A stretch of 17,593 bases of DNA from Verrucomicrobiota bacterium. Lineage in GTDB: Bacteria > Verrucomicrobiota > Verrucomicrobiia > Chthoniobacterales > UBA6821. A model generated the notes under the pieces. That model saw only the letters and a list, made by a program, of their open reading frames with translations. It did not search any database and was not told the DNA's origin. Below, piece by piece: positions 1 to 8,100 of this stretch (the stretch's first letter is position 1; every line of letters begins with the position of its first letter). Made by a program: the position numbers and the translations under genes. The DNA is taken from positions 1-17,593 of the forward strand of contig WBXG01000036.1 in the NCBI GenBank assembly GCA_008932965.1, written 5' to 3'.

Positions 1-128
1 AGGCAGGCGAGCATTTTGATGCAGGGCTGTATGTGTACATACTGCCCAAATCAAAATGGGAGTCTAACGCAGCATCTATCTGACTTCCCGGCTTCCGTAG
101 TAGATCAGTATGAAATATTCGGGCTAGC
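1..128 (+). mobile_element. palindromic MITE-like element, copy A (long form; left part cut by the window edge)
   Basis: Aligns base for base with the right half of copy D (6300-6434). The right terminus gatcagtatgaaatattcgggcta ends at about 127. Strand is defined relative to copy D. Confidence 0.85.
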
Positions 129-838
129 TCTCCAGGAGACTGTGGTGCAGGAGCTGTTATTGAAACCAAACAAGTAAACTCGGTATGATGGCGTTCCTGG
201 TCCGGAAGCGCTGCTGGTGATGCAACCGTAATGGAAACTACTGCTAGACCAGGAAAGAGAGCTCTAGCAATGGTAATAGAGGCTAGTGATACTATATTTT
301 TTCCTCTCAATGGATTCCGTGACTCTGCCAAGCTCATTTCGCTTACTGGTATTCCACACGCATCATAGGCGACAACATGCTTAGATGGAGTTGAGAGCTC
401 TACCCTAATGCAGTGACTGGCATGGTCCATCCAGTCAGAAGAGAGGGCAATCACTCCATTCGGAGAGGTGGCTCGGAGTGTCTCTATAATCCGTTGAGCA
501 ATAAAGATCGCATTCTCCTTTTGCTCCACTTCAAGACTCATGCGTTGAGCAGCAGGCCAGAGATAAAGCATCCCCAGAAGGATAATAGCAAGGAGGCTCA
601 AAGCGACGAGCACTTCTAACAAAGAGAAGGCTAACCCGCATATTTCATACTGATTCTGCTGCGGCTTGCGAACACCTGATGGATACTGCGTCAGCTTCGA
701 ATTGCTCCTCGGGCAGTATGAAACATACAGCCGTCGTCGCAATCCATCACCTTCCTTGTCTGCATCAGGATTAGCGGCGCCTCGCGACGAACCAGTATGA
801 AATATGCGGGCTAAAGAGAGTTCATTTCTTAGGAGCAT
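1..838 (-). CDS. prepilin-type N-terminal domain protein (type II secretion / type IV pilus minor-pseudopilin-like); partial, 3' end beyond the window
   Basis: Absent from the supplied ORF track because there is no stop in the window. My hand translation of the minus strand from ATG 838..836 is stop-free down to base 2. An in-frame stop lies just upstream at 853..851. It contains FSLLEVLVALSLLAIILLG, a prepilin-type hydrophobic helix with Glu at +5. Two repeat-element copies (631-814 and 1-128) sit in frame inside it. Confidence 0.55.
   Translation of the reverse strand, partial: MLLRNELSLARIFHTGSSRGAANPDADKEGDGLRRRLYVSYCPRSNSKLTQYPSGVRKPQQNQYEICGLAFSLLEVLVALSLLAIILLGMLYLWPAAQRMSLEVEQKENAIFIAQRIIETLRATSPNGVIALSSDWMDHASHCIRVELSTPSKHVVAYDACGIPVSEMSLAESRNPLRGKNIVSLASITIARALFPGLAVVSITVASPAALPDQERHHTEFTCLVSITAPAPQSPGELARIFHTDLLRKPGSQIDAALDSHFDLGSMYTYSPASKCSPA
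631..814 (-). mobile_element. palindromic MITE-like element, copy B (short form, 180 bp TA to TA)
   Basis: Terminal inverted repeats are ctaacccgcatatttcatactg (631-652) and cagtatgaaatatgcgggctaa (793-814). It is the same length as copy C and collinear with it apart from small compensating indels. The flanking TA dinucleotides are at 632-633 and 812-813. Confidence 0.85.
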
Positions 839-961
839 CCAAGCCTCATATCAGAACGAACCTGCTATTTCAATTTCAAAACGTGTATGGAAAGAGAAAA
901 TCTCATTCAACAGAAGTGCTTTTCACGTTTTTAGGTTAAAATTTTATTGGCGGAACTCTTG

Positions 962-3685
962 CTACTTCCATTCGTGTTTGGGATAGCGACGTGAAAGTTC
1001 TCCTCGAAGCTTGGGATAGGTCTCCTTCCAAAAAGAATTCAAATCAGAGGTGATTTGTATAGGACGTTTATTAGGAGCACATAATTCCAATATGACAGGG
1101 GCTCGATTACCGGCAAGAGGGGGGATCTTAGTAACTCCAAAGAGCTCTTGGATCAAGGCCTTAAGGATCACTTCACCGGTTGGTTTATAGCGTAGGCGTG
1201 CCTTACGTCCTGAGGGAAGGGGGTAAAATATGGGGGCATGTTTATCAAGGGCATGACGCTGAGCTGATGATAAGAGCATTTCAAGGGCTGCAATAACGGG
1301 TCGATCCTTGACTTCTCGGTAACTAACGGCTCCCTCACACCATCGTTCGAGGGCCCTTAAACGATCCTTCTGAGTCCATGTCGGTAATGCTAACTCTGGA
1401 TAAAAATGAACAACCCACCTAAGACGATCGACCCAAACATCAACCTCATCTCCCCAGGTAGGAAGCGGAAGATCTCCTTGAGCTAGCGCTTCAGCAAGAA
1501 CATGGCTTGCTTCTAGGGAGGGGGGAGCATCCTGCTGTATCGATTCTAATACAAGATCACGATAGATTTTCTCTTTTTTCCATACAACACGGTTTATGGA
1601 GGTATCAAAAAATAATTCTTTAGTCTCATGAAAATCGTTCGGAAAGAGATGTCGTAACATCGATTCATCAACGGCTGTTGCCATCGAGAGTTGGGTGCGG
1701 ACCTCGCCGCTTCCCTGACCAATTTCAGTGATTTCAGCAGCCACAAAAAGTCGACTCGAAGCAGCAGCACTCTCTTTAACTAAAAGGCCACGTCGTCCAT
1801 GAACGACATCTGAGAGATTTGTTCCTGCTCCACGTCGACGTGCTACTTGATCGGCAAATCCAAGAAGAATACATTGAGCAATCAGATCGTCAGAGGCAGG
1901 AGCGGTCTGCGTGTCAAGTCCTTGGGCATGTGCGAGGGAGCAAAATTGTTCAAAGATACGATTGGTTTGTCGTGCAGCATCAGCGTGGATAGCATATTTG
2001 CGGCACGAATCAGAGCGAAACTCATGACGCTTAGCCCAAGAAAAAACTCGGGAGAGAACAAGAAAATCGGAGGTCCCCCCTTCAAAAAGCTCCTGACGTT
2101 CTTCTTCGGTTTTTTTATCAGTTCTTAAAAGCAATGGACGAGATTGTGTGAGGGCTGCCATCAGGGCAATACTGCGAACACAGCCATATTCCTCGGCTGC
2201 TAAGAGCATCCGTGCGTAGCGGGGATGTGTTGGAAATGAGAGCATCCGTTTTCCTAGAGGGGTAATATTTTCCTGGAAATCAAGAGCTCCTAAATCCTTG
2301 AGAAGCTGCGATGCTTTTCCAAGCGCCTGCTCTTCTGGCTTGTCAAGCCACGCCATGGTTTCTATTTGAGAAAAATTCATAGCCTTGAGTGTTAGCAAGA
2401 CTTCTGATAAATCGACGCGTAGAATTTCTGGTGCTTCACGTGCAGGACGTCGTGCCTGATCCCGCTCTGTCCAGAGTCGAAAACAGTGACCAGGAGCAGT
2501 CCTTCCAGCTCGGCCTGCACGTTGATCTGCAGAGGCTCGACTAATTTTTTCAATGAGTAAGGTATTCATCCCACGTCGAACATCGAAACGAGCCATACGG
2601 GCAAGTCCGGCATCGACTACCCCAGTCACCCCATCGATAGTCAGGGAGGTCTCTGCAACATTGGTGGTAACAATAACCTTGCGGGCCTCTGTTGCTGTTA
2701 CAGCCGCGTCTTGATCGGCAGGAGAGAGTTCTCCATGCAAGGGAAAAAGAAGAATGGAGGAGGAGAGCTGAGATCGCAGGAGGTTAATAGTTTTTGAAAT
2801 TTCATAGGCCCCTGGCATGAAGACGAGGAGATGTCCAGAAGTGAGGTGAAGTAATTTCTCGACACCCTCGGCAGCCAGGTCCCACGGTTTTTCTCCTTCG
2901 GATTCACGGGTGAGGTAGTGAAATGTTACAGGATGAGTTCTTCCCGAGGAGCGAATTACCTCACATGGTTCTAAATAATCTGCCAAGGATGCGGTATCCA
3001 ACGTAGCCGACATCACGATGATTTTTAAATCAGGGCGATGATTTTTTTGTAATAGGAGTGCCTGCATCAAGCTGATATCGCTGTAAAGATGGCGTTCATG
3101 GAATTCATCAAAGAGCAAGGTGCTAACTCCCTCAAGATACGGATCAGTGAGCATTTGACGCATTAAGATTCCTTCAGTGACAAAGAGAAGGCGTGTGGAT
3201 GAACTGCATTGTTCATCATGACGGATGCGATACCCCACCTCATCACCCAGTCTTCCTTCTCTCTCCTGAGCAACACGGGCAGCAAGCATACGAGCTGCTA
3301 AACGACGTGGTTGCAAAATCATGGCTTTTTTCGATCCTAATATTCCACCATCAAGAAGCATTTGTGGAATCTGTGTCGATTTTCCAGATCCAGTGGGAGC
3401 CTCTACAATAAGACGGTTGCTAGCACTTAGGGTTGTTACGATTGATTCACGTAATTCCTCAATCGGAAGAGCACTGGGAGTTAACCCGGATATTTCATAC
3501 TGATCTACTACGGAAGCCGGGAAGTCAGATGGATGCTGCGTGGAGTTCGAGGTCTTCCTCGAGTAGTCTGTACACACACAGCCGTCGTCAGACTTCATCG
3601 CTCGCCTTGCCTCATCAGCCTTCACAGCCTCCTGGTCAAGATCAGTAGGAAATATCTGGGTTAATGAAAATTGAGAATGTGCCAT
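962..3685 (-). CDS. hrpB: ATP-dependent RNA helicase HrpB (DEAH-box family)
   Basis: 907-aa ORF. Motifs: APTGSGKST (Walker A), DEFHER (motif II), SATL, TNVAETSLTIDG, QRAGRAGR. The C-terminal tail ...SFWKETYPKLRGELSRRYPKHEWK matches the tail I remember from E. coli HrpB. Codons 9-68 are contributed by repeat copy C. Confidence 0.9.
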   Translation of the reverse strand: MAHSQFSLTQIFPTDLDQEAVKADEARRAMKSDDGCVCTDYSRKTSNSTQHPSDFPASVVDQYEISGLTPSALPIEELRESIVTTLSASNRLIVEAPTGSGKSTQIPQMLLDGGILGSKKAMILQPRRLAARMLAARVAQEREGRLGDEVGYRIRHDEQCSSSTRLLFVTEGILMRQMLTDPYLEGVSTLLFDEFHERHLYSDISLMQALLLQKNHRPDLKIIVMSATLDTASLADYLEPCEVIRSSGRTHPVTFHYLTRESEGEKPWDLAAEGVEKLLHLTSGHLLVFMPGAYEISKTINLLRSQLSSSILLFPLHGELSPADQDAAVTATEARKVIVTTNVAETSLTIDGVTGVVDAGLARMARFDVRRGMNTLLIEKISRASADQRAGRAGRTAPGHCFRLWTERDQARRPAREAPEILRVDLSEVLLTLKAMNFSQIETMAWLDKPEEQALGKASQLLKDLGALDFQENITPLGKRMLSFPTHPRYARMLLAAEEYGCVRSIALMAALTQSRPLLLRTDKKTEEERQELFEGGTSDFLVLSRVFSWAKRHEFRSDSCRKYAIHADAARQTNRIFEQFCSLAHAQGLDTQTAPASDDLIAQCILLGFADQVARRRGAGTNLSDVVHGRRGLLVKESAAASSRLFVAAEITEIGQGSGEVRTQLSMATAVDESMLRHLFPNDFHETKELFFDTSINRVVWKKEKIYRDLVLESIQQDAPPSLEASHVLAEALAQGDLPLPTWGDEVDVWVDRLRWVVHFYPELALPTWTQKDRLRALERWCEGAVSYREVKDRPVIAALEMLLSSAQRHALDKHAPIFYPLPSGRKARLRYKPTGEVILKALIQELFGVTKIPPLAGNRAPVILELCAPNKRPIQITSDLNSFWKETYPKLRGELSRRYPKHEWK
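3481..3664 (-). mobile_element. palindromic MITE-like element, copy C (short form, 180 bp TA to TA), inside the hrpB 5' coding region
   Basis: TIRs are ttaacccggatatttcatactgatc (3481-3505) and gatcagtaggaaatatctgggttaa (3640-3664). The TA dinucleotides are at 3482-3483 and 3662-3663. It aligns with copy B directly, and with copies A and D as its reverse complement. Confidence 0.9.
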
Positions 3686-3724
3686 GATGTATTAAATCAA
3701 CATTGTTATTTTTATCCTAGAAAA

Positions 3725-3744
3725 TGTGAAATATTCGGGCTAGC
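3725..3744 (+). repeat. solo terminus of the same element family
   Basis: tgaaatattcgggctagc (3727-3744) is identical to the terminus of copy A at 111-128. I found no partner end or internal element sequence next to it. Confidence 0.6.
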
Positions 3745-3778
3745 GCAAATATTGCATGATCTGTTATTTTGTACCGTT

Positions 3779-4636
3779 ATGTTGATCTCGCTAAGAACAC
3801 TTTCCATTTTTCTTTTCCTTGTTCAGCTGGGTTATGCCTTTGGTTCCAAAAAAAATAGCCCTCCTTCGTCTTTGAATACCGGTCAAATGCAAGGAGCTCT
3901 TTATGTCGATGCACTTAGTGTTCCCTCCCCTGGAGAATTTTTTGCCTCCATCAATAAGGTGAGTCGACCCAATTGGACAACATTAGATCATGGAGGCAAT
4001 GCTCCCGTAACAACCAATCGTGCTCAGCTTGCTCTGGCTATAGGGGTTTTTGTTACCAATGGTTTTATTGCCGTAGAGGCTCAGGATGGACAACAGGTGA
4101 AAAATATGGGGCGTGATATGATGGCACTCTCTAAAGCCTTAGGAGTGAGTCAAACTATTCTAAGTCGAGGTAATAACCTCGTCGATTTTGCTGATGATGA
4201 TCAATGGGATCCCCTGCGTAACGAGCTGGAAGCCACAGAAAATGAAGTGAAGAGTACGATGCTAGGTCAACAAGATCACTATCTCATTACATTAATCTCT
4301 GCAGGGTCCTGGTTGAGGGAGATCGAGATTGCCTCTGAAATTATTGTGAATCACTACTCGCAACGTGGAGCTGCTCTTCTTCAAGAGCCAGCCTTGGCAT
4401 TCCACCTAGCCTCCGAATTAGAATCACTCCCAGAAAAATTACGCACCGATCCCTTAGTGCTCAATGTCAAAGAGACCTTGAATCATTTAGCAACACTTCA
4501 AAAAAAGGAACCCTATGGTTTAACAAAAGAGGATCTTGGGGTTTTGCAATTAGAAATCAAAAAAATAGTTGCTTCCATTAGCGCTTCCGATGCATCTCCT
4601 CTTTCCTCAAAACCTGCTTTACCCCCTGCTTTATGA
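3779..4636 (+). CDS. hypothetical secreted/envelope protein with an N-terminal signal peptide
   Basis: The ORF track gives 3671..4636. I prefer the in-frame ATG at 3779 because MLISLRTLSIFLFLVQLGYAFGS looks like a signal peptide, and the upstream extension is read through a repeat remnant (RKCEIFGLA). I recognise no family motifs. Confidence 0.6.
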   Translation: MLISLRTLSIFLFLVQLGYAFGSKKNSPPSSLNTGQMQGALYVDALSVPSPGEFFASINKVSRPNWTTLDHGGNAPVTTNRAQLALAIGVFVTNGFIAVEAQDGQQVKNMGRDMMALSKALGVSQTILSRGNNLVDFADDDQWDPLRNELEATENEVKSTMLGQQDHYLITLISAGSWLREIEIASEIIVNHYSQRGAALLQEPALAFHLASELESLPEKLRTDPLVLNVKETLNHLATLQKKEPYGLTKEDLGVLQLEIKKIVASISASDASPLSSKPALPPAL

Positions 4637-5106
4637 TGAAAAAAATAGTGTATCTTTTCCTAGGATTGTTGGTGGCTACAATCCCATCCCAAGCTGGAGA
4701 GAGGCCCTTTGCTCTCTCTGATAATGTTGCCGTGGCCAAAGAAAATGGACGCCGGCTCGCACAGGCTATAACCCATGATGGATTTCGAGTCAGAGAGAGT
4801 GATTGGGTTGTTTCTTTAAAACCTCAAGAGCCTCATCTCTTACGGGTAACCTTGTTTGCAGGAAATCAATATTGGTTTATTGCTGCAGCCTCTCCTCCTG
4901 CTCTCGTGCTACTAATAACCTTGTACGATAGCACAGGCAAGCCGATCAAAGGCGATCGCCTCAAAGAAGAGCCTGCTGTTTCTGGTGCTAGAACTGCAGT
5001 AGGGCTCACCGCTCCTCACAGCGGCAACTATTTTGTCAAATTAGAATTATTGAAATCTCAAGGAAAGCTACCCGCCGAGACCTACCTCGCCTATGCCTAT
5101 AAGTAG
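4633..5106 (+). CDS. hypothetical small secreted protein (signal peptide, probably beta-rich)
   Basis: 157-aa ORF. The N-terminus MMKKIVYLFLGLLVATIPSQAGE is signal-peptide-like. Its ATG overlaps the upstream stop (ATGA at 4633-4636), which implies translational coupling with 3779..4636. Confidence 0.6.
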   Translation: MMKKIVYLFLGLLVATIPSQAGERPFALSDNVAVAKENGRRLAQAITHDGFRVRESDWVVSLKPQEPHLLRVTLFAGNQYWFIAAASPPALVLLITLYDSTGKPIKGDRLKEEPAVSGARTAVGLTAPHSGNYFVKLELLKSQGKLPAETYLAYAYK

Positions 5107-8100
5107 AGAGCTTGTGTATCCGGGTTAACCCGATAGAGGCTTGGAATCACTGCTGCGGCCATCGTGTCAATAGGGAGCTCTCTTTTTAGAAAATGAGCAA
5201 TGGAACGGGCTGCTTGATGGGGGTCTTGAACTACAGAACTATACTCTAAGCAAAGAAGAGGCCAGTTAGCATGATCAATATGCTCTGCCATCGTGATTTC
5301 GTAATGGCGATAGACGTTATAAAGCTGATCTACTGTTGCAATCGACCCAGCCATACGATGTTGTGATGTGATTACCTCCTGAAGAGAGCGGCGCATCCAA
5401 ATGATCCTATAATGGTTCTGTGCGGGGAGATTTAAAGCGAGAGGGATGACCACTTTGGTAGCTCTTCCGGCTTTGAGAAAGAAGGCTTCTTGTGACATTG
5501 TTTTCACCTTCTCGTGTTCAAAATACCCATTGGGATTATGTTCATCAGGGCAGCGATGATAATCTGTATTAATGGCGATCCCGCCTGCTGCGAGCATCTG
5601 CATCATCAATGATGTTCCAGAGCGAGGGAGTCCAGTCACAATAATAGGTCCCTGATTTGAGGAAAGCCTTGAGGAGCGCTTAGGGGAAAGCTTGGTGGAA
5701 AGCTTGGGGGAAATCCTCAAGGAAGATTTTTTTTGGAGAGAAGAAATTTTTTTTATAGGAGATGAATGAAATCCAAGAGCGCTCTGCAAATTTATTTTTG
5801 CCTTCTCTGACTCACAATGATACTGCAAGGCTTGACTTGGATTATTTTTTCCATCCAACGCAATATGAGCAAGAAGTCTGAAAGCATCACTGCGATAAAG
5901 AAAGCTCTTTGAGGCCTCCTGAGCTGCTTTCCAAGCAGCACTCCAGCGACCTTGATGTGAGAGTGAGGTGGCTAATGCAAGCCAAGAAAAACGATGTAAT
6001 GGATTTCGAAGGATCGCCTCACGGGCACATTCTTCTGCCTCAAGAGGCTTCTTTTTTTTATTATAGTAGATTGCTAAGAACGCTAGTGCATCGGCCTCCT
6101 CGTGGCGTACCTTGGCAACATTGCGCAGGAGGGCAACACCTTTTTTCTCCGTGCGATAGGCTAACCCGGATATTTCATACTGATCGTGTCGAGGGAGCTG
6201 AGAAGGTTGATGGGGCACCACCGGCGGTCGGGAGACCGCAGGGGGACTGCCGAAGACTTCCTTTAGGCAGCCCTGAAAGGACGAGAGGAGTGGGAGCGAG
6301 CGAGTCAACGCAGACACGTATTTTGACGCAGGGCAGTAGGAGTGCATACTGTCCATGTCAAAATGGGAGTCTAACGCAGCATCCATCTGGTTTTCCGAAC
6401 TCGGTAGGTGATCGGTATGAAATATCCGGCCTAGGGCAAAGAGGCCTGCATTGAACTGTGCAGCACTATCCTCAGGATGTGCATGGGCATAGGTCAGTAG
6501 TAATTCAAGATCCTCGCTTTTGGAATGAGCCAAAAAGCGAGCTGAAGTTGCTATGAAGTTAATTTTCTCTTCATCAAGAGTAGCACGTGCCATCAGATGA
6601 CGTATCTCCCAAGCTTCTTGAAAAGAAATAGTTTTATTGGTAGAGGAATCTGCTTTTTCCCAAAATTGTCGTAGCGCTTGTTTGGCATCACGTCGACGAT
6701 AGCGTGCAATGTGATAAAAACATGTTGCAGCACGACGCCTTTCTCCCACAAGAAGGTAAGCTGTTGCAAGTTCCTCTAAGATGTCCGTCCGTAATAAAGC
6801 CTGTCCTGCTTTTCTTGCAGCACTACGGGCCTGTTCTAAAAGAGGAATTGCCTGATCAAGACGATCATCATGAAGAAAGGAGAGTGCAAGGTGAAAGATC
6901 TCATTGCAGTGAGCCTCTTGAATAGCTGCCTGTTTATTGAAGGGAATTTCTTGTAAATAACCCAGAGAGACCAGTTGACGTAATGCTGCTTCTGTAGATT
7001 CTGGGGAGGGGGTTGAGGGGCTCCAAGGAGCTTTCCAAAAGCCGTCCCACGAACTAATTTTTTTGATAATTGGTTTTTTAGAAAAAGATTTGAGAAGTAC
7101 TTTTCCAGGCATATCCCTTCCTATTGGCAACCCTGCAATTGCAAGTAATGTGGGGCAGAGATCCAAAATAGTGGCATGATGGATAGCAGCTCCTTGGCGT
7201 ATTTGTGTTCCCTTCATGATGAGCGTCCCGATAGGGGCATGCTGATGCGTTGGTGCTGTCTCTTGAATTCCTAAAGAGCTTGGTCTGCGAGCATCATGAT
7301 AAAACCCATGGTCTGATGCGATCACAATGGTAGACTCCTCTCCAGCAGCTTCTACGAGCTCTCCAATCCATCGATCATAGAGTTCATAAGCGCGATCTAC
7401 CACTTCTCCATAAAGTTCACAGTCGCGTGGTTTTTCTCCAGGCAATGCAGGTTCTCGGTAACACATGGCCAAATGAGAGAGACTATCAAGCCCCACGAGA
7501 TAAAGAGAGGTAAGATCCTGCCTTTTCCTCCTCATCAAGTGCAAGGTCACTTGGAGTGTGGTGAGATCCTCTGCAAGAATTTTAGCAATAGCAGCTACTC
7601 TGAAATCGGTGGTGGGATCAATTTCATAAAGTTTGGGAACGAGGAAGCGCAGGAGCGCTTCAGACAATTGCTGAGGATGTACACGGTCTTGTGCAATTAT
7701 TTTAGAAAGGGACCATGGAGAGACACTTTTAGGGGGAATGCTCCATGGTTCATGGGAGGGATGATGAGCGATACGAAATGTTTCATCGATCATAGCCCCT
7801 CTGATTTTTTCAGCAGGAGCAGTTGTCCACCATCCCACTATGGTGGACGTTTTTTTATAATGAGAGAACATATTCCAAATCGCTGGAGAGCGTCGTGAAG
7901 TCCTATCATAAGGCCTCAAGCCCATTCCCGAATGATCAGCATAGGTAAACCCAGTAATTCCATGTTCATAAGAGTGCTTTCCGGTTCCTATTGTTGCCCA
8001 AAGTGCTGGTGAGAACAGGGGAGAAATCGATCTTAATGGACCGCTGACACCATGGGTAACCATCTTTGATAGATGAGGTAATTTTCCGGCAGCGATTTTT

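Noticed and set aside
878-931. 8-bp inverted repeat aaaacgtg ... cacgtttt (38-nt spacer) between the hrpB stop and the pseudopilin start
   Set aside because: The arms are short and AT-rich in an AT-rich spacer, so this is plausible by chance. It is not followed by a T-run that would make it a terminator. It might be an operator, but I cannot support that.
413-986. ORFs 413..619 (+) and 804..986 (+)
   Set aside because: The first is antisense to the much longer open pseudopilin-like frame on the minus strand. The second starts inside the terminus of repeat copy B and runs through the hrpB/pseudopilin spacer. Neither has motifs.
1847-3648. Short ORFs inside hrpB (1847..2128, 1882..2085, 2698..2907, 3193..3411, 3321..3503, 3433..3648)
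   Set aside because: They are embedded in, or antisense to, a CDS with full helicase motif support. 3433..3648 is mostly the plus-strand reading of repeat copy C.
3671-3778. N-terminal extensions offered by the ORF track (3671 for the secreted protein, 11114 for rplU, 15053 for the BNR protein, 8216 for the tri-domain enzyme)
   Set aside because: The extensions add residues unlike real protein sequence, or repeat-derived residues, ahead of clear native N-termini (a signal peptide, MSYAIIKTGG, a TM anchor, MSPILFIGLD). I consider the internal ATG starts more likely.
5640-5760. Imperfect tandem DNA repeats (gaaagcttgg-type units)
   Set aside because: They lie in frame within the tri-domain CDS and encode a Ser/Lys/Leu-rich interdomain linker (SLRISPKLSTKLSPKRSSRLSS). 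This is a low-complexity coding repeat, not a separate element.
5909-6454. 181-aa plus-strand ORF, the longest unexplained ORF in the track
   Set aside because: It lies entirely antisense to the 1039-aa tri-domain CDS. Its openness is explained by the repeat (copy D) being stop-free on both strands. I found no independent coding evidence.
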